A stretch of DNA of 64,000 nt, from positions 45,136,001-45,200,000 of the forward strand of contig CM069148.1 of NCBI GenBank assembly GCA_035221665.1, written 5' to 3'. This document shows, piece after piece, positions 12,239 through 25,149 of this stretch (the stretch's first letter is position 1; each line of letters starts with the position of its first letter). The stretch comes from Okamejei kenojei. Its lineage: Eukaryota. A program made the translations under genes and the position numbers. The notes beneath the pieces are model-generated. The model ran no database searches. It saw only the letters and a program-made list of their open reading frames with translations, and had not been told where the DNA came from.

Positions 12239-12883
12239 GTGAGTATTAGTGTGAAGCTGTTCTGTCTCCCTGTCTACACTGTATCCTGTCTTAGAAGAGG
12301 CTTGTAGGACCCAGACCCAGCAGCAGGGCCCGGGTATCAGAACCAGCCCACTCCTCACCAATGTGGGGCGCAGGAGGGGGGAACCATTGAATAGTGGGGG
12401 GTTTGGCGGTGAGAAGGGGTGTATTAGGTTATCTGTTCCTGGCCATAGGGAGGAGGCTGCACTGGATGAAGTGCTGGCGGCTACAACACAGTTGACTGGG
12501 ACCAGGTGTCCTGGGTGTCGGAGGGTGCAGGGAGATGGTGGTGGCGACCAGAGTTTGCAGTGAACGGGAGCGCGGGACAGGGTCAGGGGAGCCAGGGCCG
12601 TGGCGCAGGGAGTGGAGGGTATGGGTGGGTGGTGTCAATGGTCCAAGGTGAAGGGGTTGCTTGGCAAGGTTTGCAGAAGAAGCCACAGTGAGGGGGCACT
12701 GTGGCAGGAGAGAAGGATCGTGGAACTAGGGAGAGTAGTGGAGAGACTGGGGTCAAGAGCTAGGAAGGAAGAGATGATGGCGTTGTGGAGCAGCTGGGGG
12801 TTTTGGGGGATTGTCGGGAGCTGGGGCCTCCTGTGACTGAGACACTCCATCCTGTGATGTGCTGCCAATCTGTCTTTTCTTAG

Positions 12884-12976
12884 GTTGCTGATGATGGCTA
12901 TGGTGTGTCTTATATCATGGTCGGAGAAAATCTAATCAACATGCACATTTCAAGTAAATTCTCCAGCCCCGAGACA
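12884..12976 (+). CDS. CPT1A: CPT1A coding exon (equivalent to human exon 18)
   Basis: ttttcttag acceptor, gtaagt donor, 93 nt. Encodes [36 protein letters not shown]...PET is closer to CPT1A than to CPT1B. Confidence 0.95.
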
Positions 12977-13344
12977 GTAAGTTTGCTCTTGTGGGAAGGG
13001 AGAATGCCTGAGGAGAGAGGGAGGGGAGTTTGTTGGCAGGCTGTGTGTCTGGGTTTAATCTCCTGCCCACTTGACTCTGATCTTCATGTGGGACTGCCCA
13101 TGAGGTGGGGGGTGGGGATGCTGTGAGCCGTGAAGGTGAATGCTGGTGTGGCGGAGAGGGTGGGGAGATGTGAGCGAGGACGAGCCCAGGAATGTAAACG
13201 TGAGGGGAGGGTCTGTGGCAATGGGATGCAAAGGTAAGGATTGAAACGAGTATTGGAGCTGCAGTCATCCAGGCAAGTTCCATCGCAGTCCTGACCTTGT
13301 GTCTTGTGGGTTGGGTTTGGGTTGTCAGGAGGTGAGTCACTCAG

Positions 13345-13732
13345 GAGTCCTGGGCCTCCTTCATTGTCAGAGTGAGGCCCAACACAAAATGGAGGAACAG
13401 CACCTCATATTTCACTTGGGCAGCTTACACCCCAGCGCTATGAACATTGACTTCCCTAACTCTTGCTTTCCCTCTCTCTCCATCCGTCCCCTGTCCTGGT
13501 TCTCCAACCTGTCTGATTGTCTTCCTAATTATATTTTATCTTTGTATGCCTCATTGTCACCTTCTGCTAGCTAACAATGATCGACTCTACATTCTCCTTG
13601 ATTTCCGTCCCCCTTTGATGTCTCGTTTTCACACCTTTCCCTTCCATATCTTTGTGCCTCCCATTCCCCTCACTCTGTCTGAAGAGGGCCTCAACCCGAA
13701 TCGTCACCCATTCCTTCTCTCCAGAGATGCTG
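13345..13732 (+). mobile_element. 3' fragment of a Penelope-like element
   Basis: VLGLLHCQSEAQHKMEEQHLIFHLGSLHPSAMNIDF (end of the GIY-YIG endonuclease domain), then a degenerate hammerhead-type motif near 13679. Confidence 0.8.
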
Positions 13733-13799
13733 ACAGTGGAGGAGGCACAGGACTCCTGAATGACTAACCTGTCCGCCACTCTTCAGGAACTATGCACCT

Positions 13800-14190
13800 G
13801 TACTCACAGACCTTTTTGTTTTGCTACATTCTCCGGAGCTCTGACATTTACCGTATAAGTCCTGCCGTGGGCTGACATACCAAAGTGCAATATCTTCCTC
13901 TAGTGAGAGAAACTCCACTTGTCATCCCTTGGCTCACCGTATCGACTGGTCTCGATCTTGTTGTAAACTTCCTTACTGTCCACTCATTATGCCACCAGTT
14001 TTTGGTGTTGTCTACAAATGTTCTAACAATGTTAAATACATTGACATCCAAATCATTAATGTATCTAAGAGACAGGTGGGGACTCAACACCGACCCTTGC
14101 AGCCCCTTCGCCCACCAGTCACAGGTCTCCAATCAGAAAAGCAATGCTCCACAGCTACCCTTTGACTGCTTCTTCCAAGCCAAGTTTGAA
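13800..14190 (-). mobile_element. CR1-type LINE reverse transcriptase fragment
   Basis: LQGSVLSP...YINDLDVNV...FVDNTK, a degenerate form of the PQGSVLGP / INDL / FADDTK motifs. Confidence 0.7.
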
Positions 14191-14735
14191 TAGGCCTTGG
14201 ATTCTCGCTATGCAGGTTTCCTTCCACATCCCCAACACAATGTGTAGATTGGTGGGTTAATGGTTCACTGAATTGCCCCTGGTGGGTGGCTGGATGGAAG
14301 CACCAGGGAGGAGATAATGGGAATGTGGGGAGAATAAGTTAGGTTGGGATAGAATTAGTGTTATTGTGTGGTTGCATGGACTCAGTGGGATGAAAGACCC
14401 ATTTCCACGCGATATGACTTTATGGCTCGCCCTTCCTGCCTCTTTACCCCCCCCCCCCCCCCCCCGTGCACCCCCTCGGCTTTGCTGCACATCTACCCCA
14501 CTCTCAACCATCTCCCCATGGTTGTTTCACTGAGCGTCTCGTGGCCCGCTGTATATTCACCAGCTCATTCTCTGACATGCGGCCTCACTACCCCCATGTG
14601 CTTCCCTTTGCCTGACTGCTCCGATATTCGTCAAACCATGAGACTTCAAGGGTAGATGTTTCTAGATGGAGCTGGTAATCACACTGCTACTTACTGGAAT
14701 GCTCATGATGTGTGCTCATGATTTTTCTTGTGCAG

Positions 14736-14822
14736 GATTCTCATCGGTTCGGCAATTATTTCCAACAAGCCATGCTCGATATCCTTGCCCTATTCAACCT
14801 GGACAGTAGAACCAGCAAGTAG
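14736..14822 (+). CDS. CPT1A: CPT1A terminal coding exon
   Basis: tttttcttgtgcag acceptor. Encodes DSHRFGNYFQQAMLDILALFNLDSRTSK then TAG, matching the CPT1A C-terminal DSHRFG pattern. Confidence 0.93.
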   Translation, partial: DSHRFGNYFQQAMLDILALFNLDSRTSK

Positions 14823-15407
14823 CACCAGGCCCCGGGATGGAGTTGAGAGGACCAGACCCCGACACTGGGACAGTGTTTCTGGCTGGTGCTGGTGGCACTT
14901 GATGTGGGACCACGAGAGTCATTTTGAACATTGACAAATGCACTGCTCCCTGGGAGCCCTGTGCTGCGGTGTGGGGTGCCAGCTTGTCCCTTGAGACGTC
15001 TGGGGCTGGGCCAGAGCCTCCAGTCTGACAGCAGTGGTCAGGTCCTGGCAGGAGCTGCTGATATGGCATTATTGCATGAGATCAGGTAGATACTCACTTC
15101 CCTTCTCTGCACCAACATGATTATAATGCAGAGATTTTACTTTAATTGTCCATCTCTGAACAGTGCTTGATCATAATTCTCAGGATTGTTCACATATACA
15201 GAATGTCATTGCAGTTCACAAATGGCACAGGGGGGCACTGAATCACGGCTTCTCTATAGAAAATTGTCTGACGGGGGCAAGGGATTCACCTCCCTCTCAA
15301 GACTCCATGTGGAGGTTGATTGATTTATTGTGGCTATTATGTAAAGAGCCAATGAATGTGTTGCAGGTGATCTCAGTGGTTAAGTGAATGCTATATATAC
15401 TGTACAG

Positions 15408-15413
15408 AATAAA
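15408..15413 (+). promoter_or_regulatory. Probable polyadenylation signal of CPT1A
   Basis: AATAAA about 590 nt after the stop codon, followed by a GT-rich stretch (ctgtgcgtgtgttc). Confidence 0.55.
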
Positions 15414-17571
15414 GAGCTGGGGGCCATTACCAACTGCCTGCTCTGTGCGTGTGTTCAGTTCCCCTTAGCATTGTGGCTACATCAGCCTGCAAACTCATAG
15501 AACCAAAGGTGAATCAAAGCACATGGTCACATCTCCAGAACCTGTCCTGGCCATTGTGGAGCTGAATGAAGAGCAGGCACTGTCATTAGAACTTGAACAT
15601 TTGAGAAAGAGTGTTATTAAATCTTCTACTCAACTTAACTTCTGCATAGCCCTCACACCCCTTGAATATTGTCATGTCCAAAAACCTGACAACCTCTGAC
15701 TGAGAATACATAACCCAGCATGTTAATGAATTGTGAGGTATATTCTCATCTGAAGCTAACTCCTTGGTCGAATAATGTGGTCTCTAGTTCTAGGTCACCA
15801 TCGGATCGAATCAATAGACACAAGAGACCGCAGATGTTTTTGGAGGAACACAGCATCTGGGGATTGAATGGACAGATAGTGATTGAGGCCAGGGGCCTTC
15901 AGACTGATGGAGTAGAGTTGGAGATAGTTGGTAGAAAGGTGAGGGGACGGGGTGGGGCAAGAGCTGCCAACTGATAGGTGACGAGTCAGGTGGGAGAGAG
16001 AAGGATGGAGATAGAAGCCAGTGTTGAAGGTGAGAAGTGGAGAAGCCAAAATGATGCAAATATTGAAATCAGATAAGAAAGGAAGGTGGTGATGAAATAT
16101 AAAGCCAGTGGGAGGGATATTGGGAAGAATAGAACAGGGGGCAGAGATGGCAAGAAAAATATGGGGACCCAGAGTAGGGAAAGGTGAAGCAAGAGTTGGC
16201 AAGGTCTTCCTCAGCTGAAATGTCATCTGTCCATTTGCCTCCATAGATACTGCTTAACCTGCTGAACAGGTTGTTTTCTCGTGTCAGATTGAATCTGCCC
16301 AGTCAAGCCTCCTAAGAACACTGACCTTGAAATTCTTTCATTAAGAAGTGCATAAACTGGTTAGCACGCAACAACAAAAGCTTTTCACTGTACCTCAACC
16401 AAACTAATCTGCAGTTGCAGGGAACCTGAAATCAAAATAGAAATTGTTTGAAACACAGATAGAATTATGGAGCACGGAAACGGGCTCTTCAGTCGACCAA
16501 GCCTGTCCTCACCTTGAAGCATCCATTTACATGAATCCTCCACAAACCTATTTTACTTTCCTCAAGTTCCCATTAACTCTCCCCAGATTTTACCACTGAC
16601 TTACTCAATCGGGGCAGTTGACGGTGACTGATTAATTGACCGATCTACACGTCTTTGAGATGTGAGAAGAAACTGGAGGACGTGGGGGGGGGAGAAAGAC
16701 AACCAGAGTTAATGATTTGGGCTGCTGCCTCTTCATCAGAACTGGAGGTTTTCACCCAGAGCAAACTTGCTCCATTCCCAGGCTTATAAGTACAACTTGG
16801 CGAATTTGACCCCGATTTTTCTGGAGGCTTTCCATGAGTTCTGGAAACCACGCTTTCAGTGTAGGGCTTGCCCTGATGCCAGCAATGGACCAATGGACCA
16901 ATCTTCCTCTGTGACTTTTATTTTCATAGGTGTGGAACTGGACAGTTGCCACTGGAGTGCATCTTTTATTAATTCCATTCCCCGTCAAACCATGCTTTTT
17001 GAAGGGATACGTGCTGTGATACATTTGACAAGGCTATTCCACACCCTGGAGCCTCACTGTCTATTCCACAACTGCTCACATTTAACACTGATCCTTCCTT
17101 GCATCTCCAATGCACTTATCTCCAGTGAAAAGTTGCTCATGCCTAACAGCTCCTTCATTGCATGAAAATGGGGGCTAACGAGGAAGCCACAAAGACCATT
17201 TGTCAGGAGGCATTGAAGAGTTCATCCATTATACAGAGTTTATAGAGACCGGTGCTGGTAATTAGAATCTCTGAGCAACAATATTTATTCATGCTACGCT
17301 TCAGCAACACCGACTTTGCAGACCTATGGCCGTCTGTGACCTCCTATAGAGGTTCACCAGCTTTGTGGAGGTCAGTCCCAGTCACTCACCTTCCCGGCCT
17401 CCAGGACCATTCCAATTTCTGCTGATCGTTGCCACTTCTGTCAGGGATACAACCTTCAAGCGGTCCACCCTGTTTTGACTAATGCAATCAACCCTACGTG
17501 CACAAACAAATAGAAGTAGTGTTTTGGTGTCTACAAACTTAGGCTGTGCACGCCATAGGCAAGAAGATTAA

Positions 17572-17888
17572 AAAACATAGAAAATAGGTGCAGGAGTAGG
17601 CCCATCACCACCACCATTCAATATGATCATGGCTGATCATCCAAAATCAGTACCCCGTTCCTGCTTTTTCTCCATATCCGTTGATTCTGTTAGCCTTAAG
17701 AGCTGAAATTTAACTCTCTCTTGAAAACAATTCAGTGAATTGGCCTCCACTGCCTTCTGCAGCAGAGAATTCCACAGATGCACAACTCTCTGGGTGAAGA
17801 GGTTTTTCCTCATCTCAGTCCTAAATGGGCTACCCCTTATTCTTACACTGTGACCCCTGGTTCTGGACTCCCCCAACATCGGGAACAT
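17572..17888 (-). mobile_element. 3' end of a CR1-type (HER1-like) LINE
   Basis: ORF FPMLGESRTRGHSVRIRGSPFRTEMRKNLFTQRVVHLWNSL followed by the ctatgttt-type tail. Confidence 0.85.
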
Positions 17889-19239
17889 TGTCAGGACAGA
17901 CAGAGGCTGAAGGATGTTTCTGGCCCATGGGAGGAGGCAGAGTGGGCGCAGTGCACTGCTTCCATTTCAGGCATTCAGACCACATCCACTCAGTGCACCT
18001 CCTTACACATGGTCCCTGTCATCCTCTTGCCTGGATAATCTGACCCCAGCCCCGAAGGGTCTTTGTGGGGGAGAACATGCCTCCTGTGCCCAATGTTCTC
18101 CACTGGGCTGCAAAGATCTCTCAATGGGAGCATGCTGCCTCAGGAGGCTGGCTCCCGTGATTAAATGCCAGCAGCTGCACACTATGTGAACACAGGAATT
18201 ATTCAGAAAATGCTGCTGGATTAAGCGTGTCATTGGGCTGACAGGGAACCCGGTGAGACTAATAAGGATTGCACAGGGAATATTTGGAATTTAATGGTAC
18301 TTTCACCCTTCCCCCTAAATGGTAGAAATGTATTTTCAGTTTCAATGGGTCCAAGTGGAGGGCAGAGGACAGTTTGTACACTTTTAACCAAACATGCTGG
18401 CGAATACCTTTGTGGGAAGAGGCTCGTACAAACGACGCTGGTTATTACAGAATATTCGCTATTGAACAGGGTAAACGCTTTCATCTTTAATACAGGGTAA
18501 ACGCTTTCATCCAACCATTCATATTCCACACCGACAAGTTTTGTTCACAAGCAATTGTTAATTTAATGTTATATTTCAGTCATATAACTGACAGCCAATG
18601 CAAAAAAAACATTTCAGGCCAAAGCCGCCAGCTCTTCCTTCAGCCCAGCCAATCAAATAACATGTTTAATAAACTGCAACAATCTCTTTAGTTTTCATTT
18701 CACTTTTTATCACTGATTTTCCTCGATTATTGAAGTGTTTAGTTCATTGCACAGTAAACATAACTGCAATGCACTTGTTCAAAGTCAGTGCGATTTCCCA
18801 ATTACGTATTCTGAACCCTGCAGTGTAATCCTCCAAGGTAGAAATAGCTCTGCCACTGCTTCCTGTTTATATACATTCAGAAGCCTGTGCTGTCTGATTA
18901 CGCACATACTTATGAGTGTGCTCTCATCTCCCTGGTTTGCTATTTTAGTAACCCTTTCCGGTTCTCCCTGTACAAATTAGAATTTTGCAATATATTAAAA
19001 TTACCCATTTCTACTGTGGCTTAATTTTTTTAATATTCCGCTGTGTCTTTAATCGTGGAACTTCCTGATGGCGTTCTCTAGGCTGCCTTGCCTGAGGTTT
19101 CTGATTTTTCCCTCATACCTGTAGATCCAGCACTTTCCTCTCCAATTTCCCAATCAACTGGTTCCTTTCTAGAGTCGAGGACATTTAGGAATGTGACAAT
19201 TTAAACTCCAACAATTCTGCAGCTAGTTCTTTCCACTCT

Positions 19240-19800
19240 CCCAGCAAATACAGAAGCCCCGTCGTAAGCACACTGTCCAGTTGCATCACAGCTTGGTTTG
19301 AGAACAGCTCCCCCCAAGACACAATAGTTTACAGAGAGTTGTAGATGTAGGCCAGTCCATCACACAGACCAGGCTTTCCACCATTGACTTCTACTTTTTA
19401 CACTGCCTCTGAAAAGCAGTCAATATAATTAAAGGCATGCCCACCCAACCAGTCATTCCTTCTCCCTGCTCCTGTTCGGCCGAAGGTACAAAAGCATGAA
19501 AGAGAATACCACAGACTCAGGAACAGCTCTTCCCCTCAGATATCAGGCTTGTGAACGGCCCTCCATAAGCTGGGGTACCGTCCGATTCCACCCCACTGTG
19601 GATATTGGACTTTGTCTAATGAACTTACCCGCTACCATGCTGAGAACTATATTCTACACTCTGTATCTTCCCCTTGGTTCTATTGTACTTGAGTTTGACG
19701 ATTTATTTATGTGTGGTATATCTGTTCTGTTTGGATCAGAGAGGCAAAACAAAGCTTTTCACTGTACCTCAGTACACGTGCCAATAATAAATCTAAATCT
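19240..19800 (+). mobile_element. Probable 3' fragment of a Rex1-type LINE
   Basis: Tail aaagcttttcactgtacctcagtacacgtgccaataataaatctaaatct. The aaagcttttcactgtacctc motif recurs at 2939 and 16377. Confidence 0.55.
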
Positions 19801-20660
19801 GATATGTGCCGTCCGTTACTGGGGAATGTCTGCCTGGCTCCAGTCCCATTTTACCCGCTTATCGATCACTTCCAGTTTTATTTCCCTTTTTATCCTTGGT
19901 TGTCAATGATTATTCAAGTGTTTTGCATTTGAAGTGTTTTCCACATCCACTACAAACTAAAAATGCATCAGGTTTGTTCAAAGTGAATGTAACTTTCCTG
20001 TGCCTATTTGGAATCCGGCATAATTCGATAATCTGATTTATTCGATCATTCGACAATAACAAGTGTCAGATTACTGAGATTTGAACCTATATTTTGGATA
20101 AGTGCTATGTTGGCGAGTTTGTGTTTCTTGCAGAGTCCCAGTGGTGAGTGAGTGGGCACCATAACACTGGGCCACCCGCTGACTGATTGACTCCTGATTC
20201 TGTGTTGATTCGTCCTGTTTCTGTTGGGAGGTTTGCCCTCGATTCGTACAGAACGAAAACTTGTTCTGAAATTGACTCCAGATACGAGAAGACGTAAATT
20301 CTAGTCGATTTGGGAAATACAAGAATTGATTTAAGAAATCGATGGATGGTTTGAAATTACTCAATAAGCAAACCTATAGTAAATGAATGGATTTCATGAT
20401 TGAACCTCACCCAAACAGCCACTGGTATTTAATCTAATGTTTGGCCAAGGAGAGCAAGATTGACGTCACATACACATACATACATTGAGGGAGCAGGGTG
20501 GTCACTGGGCTATGTTGAATGGTGTAGTCAATGTGAGCTGGGGATTGAGGCTTTGCCCAGTGTTGTTGATTTAAAGTGACTTCTGCCTATAGGTTAGCAG
20601 AAGGTGATTGCGTGATTGGCAAATACAACTCTTTTTCGCTACTTTTACCCCCCCCCCCAC

Positions 20661-20700
20661 GCACGCACACACGCACACGCACACGCACACGCACACACAC
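20661..20700. repeat. (GCACAC)n/(CA)n microsatellite
   Basis: gcacgcacacacgcacacgcacacgcacacgcacacacac. Confidence 0.9.
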
Positions 20701-20939
20701 ATACTTGGGCTGTGGAATATGCCAATAGAGCACACAAGCAAACCCGAGTGCCTTCATTCAACTGGGATTTGCCCGATTGCTTCTGAGCTAAGAGCTGTCC
20801 CATTGAGAACAGTGCTATTGAGGTGAGTGTTCCGTGTGACATTTACCATCATTCATGGGAAGTAGGACAGTACCAGGAGAAGGGGAAGTGATGGAGGAGG
20901 GGTGCAAGATTTACTGGTGATCATAGGCATTACCAAATT

Positions 20940-21382
20940 TGTCCATCGGCGAGACCAAGTGCAGGCTCGCCCAACACCTTTGCTCAGTCCATGTTAACCT
21001 ACCTGATCTCCCGGTTGCTCAGCACTTCAACTCCCTCTCCCATTCCCAATCTGACCTTTCTGTTCTGGGTCTTCTCCATGGTCAGAGTGAGGCCCAGTGC
21101 AAATTGGAGGAGCAGCACCTCATATTTCTCTTGGGTAGTTTACACCCCAGTGGTATGAACATTGACTTCTCTAATGTTAGATAGTCCTTGCTTTCTCCCT
21201 CCTTCCCCTCCCCCTTCCCAGTTCTCCCACAAGTCCTACTGTCTCCGCCTACTTCCTTTCTTTTTCCTGCCACCCCCGCCCCCCGACATCAGTCTGAAGA
21301 AGGGTCTCGACCCGAAATGTTGCCTATTCCTTCTCCAAAGATGCTGCCTTACCCGCTGAGTTTCTCCAGCATTTTCTGTCTA
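20940..21382 (+). mobile_element. 3' fragment of a Penelope-like element (GIY-YIG end plus terminal repeat with hammerhead core)
   Basis: IGETKCRL...LPVAQHFNSLSHS...KLEEQHLIFLLGSLHPSGMNIDFSN. CTGAAGA-AGGGT-CTCG-ACCC-GAAA at 21294-21317. Confidence 0.88.
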
Positions 21383-22740
21383 TGTAAAGATAACAACCCA
21401 AGCCCAACTCTTCATCCAAACAGGAATTACTGTCTCTGTATTGATTTGCCTCCATGGCCTCCTTACAGAAGTATGTAGTCCCTGTCGGGTGGCTGATTGA
21501 CCCAAGCCAAGGCCTGAAGTGACTGTGTTGAGGACCGTTGACATTAAGAACCAGATCCCCAGGAAGGACGGTCTGTGAACAAATATAAAAAGCCTGAGGT
21601 GACCGGAGCCCTTTGAACCAGAATCCAAGCACCACCTTTCACCGAGTAGCAGTTAGTTTGGTGCCAGGATGGGAACGTTAATCCAAATTTAATCCTGGGG
21701 GAACTTTGTACTAGAGCACGCAGTAACTAAAAGTGGCACATCAAAGGCCCCACCTCCACCAGTCTTGATCCCTCCTTCCACATCTTGTGCCTTCCTTTAC
21801 CTCAGCCTGTGTTCATTAATGGCTCACTGGCCTGGCTGCTCTAAGGCTAGTGCCCAGACAGAGCCAGTGAATGAGAAGGGACAGTTTGTTTAACCAGGAG
21901 CTGGTTCTCATTCTCAGCTTGAAGAACCCTCTTTTGAAATCCTTTGCTTGCTTACTAATCCTTGACTGAAACTGGATCAAATGTAGGTCAGTATCAGCAT
22001 AACGTGTTTCATCCCTTCCAGCCAAGGGGCAGTCATGGTTCCTGTCCAGAGCAGTAATACCCAAACAGCCCCCTCAACTGGTTCTCCCTTTCAACAAGGT
22101 CATGGCTGATCCAACCTTGGCCTGAACATAACTTCCCTACTCTTGCCATTCACCTTATTTTGGTAAATGTCCATCTCAACATTTAATATATTAAAAGGCT
22201 CCCCTCTATATTAAAAGGCCCCCATCTGCAGCTCCCTGGAGAATTCCAAAGATTCACACCCCTCTTAGAAAAAAGTTTCTTTAAGATGGAGAAAACTTCC
22301 TTTTCTCCATCTTAAACAGATTACTCTTCATTCTGAAATCATGTTCCCTAGGTCCAGATACCCCATCCAGCCAAACATCCTCTCAGCATCCACCCTGTTT
22401 GTCACCGCAGGTCATATCACTGGTCTCCAATATGTATAGGCCTAACCTATCTGTTTTTATAATAGCACAGAGGGAGGCTATTTGGCCCATCAGGTGCATG
22501 CTAGCTCTCTAGGGGGCAATCTAATTTATCCTAAAGCCTCTCTCCTTATTTCTCTGTACCCTTCCAAATATTCTTCTCCTTTGATTATTTTTACTTGCAC
22601 TTGGGGAATTTACACCAACCTAGCAAACTACCAGAACGTCTTTGGGAAATGCATGGAAACCAGAGCACTCAGGGTGATCCACAGGTCACAGGGAGAATGT
22701 ACTGACAGCATCCGAGTTTAGGATTGCACTTGTCCAATTT

Positions 22741-23190
22741 CATAGAAACGTAGAAACATAGACAATAGGTGCAGTAGGCCATTCGGCCCTTCGAGCTAGC
22801 ACCACCATTCAATATGATCATGGCCGATCAGCCAGAATCAGTACCCCGTTCCAGCTTTCTCCCCATAATCCATTCATTCTGTTAGCCCCAAGAGCTATAT
22901 CTGACTCTCTTGCATATCTTTCATTCATTTGTTCTATATCATGGTCTATCTCTTTTTCACACAGAGAATGGTGAGTCTGTGGAATTCTCTGCCTCAGAGG
23001 GCGGTGGAGGCCGGTTCTCTGGATGCTTTCAAGAGAGAGCTAGATAGGACTCTTAAAGAAAGAGGATTCAGGGGATATGGGGAGAAGGCAGGCACGGGGA
23101 AATGATTGAGGATGATCAGCAATGATCATATTGAATGGTGGTGCTGGCTCAAAGGGCTGAATGGCCTGCTCCTGCACCTATTGCCTGTTG
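22741..23190. mobile_element. Two CR1-type LINE 3' tails in opposite orientation
   Basis: 22741-22910 is the reverse complement of the LINE tail. About 22950-23190 is the same tail in plus orientation. Confidence 0.75.
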
Positions 23191-23474
23191 CTTCCCTTTC
23201 CCCTGACAGTCTGAAGCAGGGTCTCAACCCAAAACGTCACCTATTCCTTTTCTCCAGAGATGCTGTCTGACCTGCTGAGTTATTCCAGCTTTTTGTGTCT
23301 ATCTTCCCCAACCAGAAACCCTGTTTGAACCAGGGGATCTACAATCTTCTAGACTGCACAGATACAGCATGGATACAGGCCCCTCAGCCCACTGTGTCTG
23401 CGTCGACCAGCGATCACCCTGTACACTAGCACAATCCTACACCAGGGACAACTTCAGTCAATTAACCTAAAAAC

Positions 23475-23659
23475 ATGTGCAGGAAAGAACTGCAGATGCT
23501 GGCTTAAATGAAAGGTAGACACAAAATGCTGGAGTAACTCAGCAGGACAGTCAGCATCTCTGCCTGAAGAAGGGACTCGACCAGAAACTTCACCCATTCC
23601 TTCTCTCCAGACTTGCTGCCTGTCCCGATGAGTTACTCCAGCACTTTGTGTCTACCTTC
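23475..23659. mobile_element. Short palindromic Penelope-derived element with an 11-bp TSD, inserted in a SINE
   Basis: Inverted arms around ctgaagaagggactcgaccagaaac. Flanked by aacctaaaaac at 23464-23474 and 23660-23670. Confidence 0.8.
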
Positions 23660-23884
23660 AACCTAAAAACCTGCACGTATGTGGAGTGTGGGAGGAATCC
23701 GGAGCCCCCGGAGAAAACGCACGCAGTCATAGGGAGAATATACAAATTCCATACAGAGAGCACCCGTAGTCAGGATCTAACCCAGGTCTCTGGCGGCAAG
23801 ACTATCGTTGCACCAGACGCAGAAGATCCTTCAAGGGGTGAACCCTCGGAAAGCATCCGGACCGATCGTGCACTTGGTCATTTT

Positions 23885-24700
23885 CTAATAATCTGCATGG
23901 AGCAAACTGGTTGGAGTTTTTCGTAGACATTTTCAACCTCTCATTGCCGAGGTCTGAGATCCCCACCCGGTTTATAAAAAAGCATCACTAATAGCCGTGC
24001 CCTAAGAGGGTAAGGCAGCATGATTATCAAGCCGATGGCACCAACGTCCACAAAGTGACCTGATTAAGTGTTTTGAGAGATTGGTTACGGCACATATCAC
24101 CTCCTTCCTCAGCAAGGACCTGGAGCCAATACAATTTGCCCATTGCCACAGTAGATCAACGAGAGATGCAATCTCACTGGCTCTGCACTGGACCACTTGG
24201 ACATTACAACATACATACATCAGGTTGTTTCTCATTGATTACAGGGTTCAACACCCTCATCCCCTCCAAACTTGTTAGCAAGATAAGAGAGCTGGGTCTC
24301 TGAGCATCCTTTTGCAACTGGATTATCTACTTCCTCATCAACAGAACACAATCCACATGATTTGACAAGAACACTTCCTTCTTGGTAACCATCAGCATAG
24401 GAGCACCTCGCGGTAAGGTGCTAAACACCCTGGTCTACTCACTCTATACCCATGACTGTGTGGTCTGACATCATTCCAACTCCATCTTGAAATTCATTGA
24501 TGACATGATTGTATGAGTTATGGACAATAATATGTTAGACTGTATCTCTGCAGTCCAGAACAGGCAAGAGATCAATCGACTCACTAAATGGTGCCAGAAC
24601 AACCACCTTGATCTCAACGTAAAAAAAAACCACAAGGAACTGATTGTTGACTTTCGAGGAGGAAGACCAAGGGTCCACAGACCTGTCTTCATCCATGATT
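23885..24700 (+). mobile_element. Rex1/Babar-type LINE reverse transcriptase remnant
   Basis: LEPIQFAHCHSRSTRDAISLALH, FNTLIPSKLVSKIRELGL and WCQNNHLDLNVKK.KELIVDFR, with frameshifts. Confidence 0.8.
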
Positions 24701-25149
24701 TTGCTTCAAAGGTCAACCCCTTTATCCTAGAAATCAACCTAACAAATCTTCCTTGTGTTGCCCCTATTGTTTGTATATCATTCCTTAAATATTAAGGCTA
24801 AAACCCTCCATAACACTCTCTGTAAATTTGAATCAAAACATGCTCACTTTTATCTTCATACTCCTTGCAATAGAGGCCAATATTCCATTAATCATCCTGT
24901 ACCATCATGCTAACATTTTATGTTTCATTTACTGGGATTCCAGATTAATTTGTATCACATTATGCCGTACCATTCTATTTAAATAATAACTTGGTTTTTA
25001 ATTCATCCTTCCAGTTGAGAGTCTTTAATTATCCCACATTATTATCTGCCAGCTTCCTTCCCACTCTCTAAACCCATCTATATCCCATTACAGAAGACAG
25101 ACACAAGATAGTCTGAAGAAGAGTCTCGACCCAAAATGTCACCTATTCC

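Noticed and set aside
18466-18511. 20-bp direct repeat acagggtaaacgctttcatc with a 6-bp spacer
   Set aside because: Simple local slippage duplication, like those near 22186 and 41988. No further structure.
20134-20143. Possible 10-nt microexon (tttcttgcag|agtcccagtg|gtgagt)
   Set aside because: Good splice-like signals, but it lies past the CPT1A poly(A) signal and I found no partner exons.
20461-20468. Perfect CRE palindrome TGACGTCA downstream of CPT1A
   Set aside because: A single 8-mer can occur by chance in 64 kb, and there is no supporting context.
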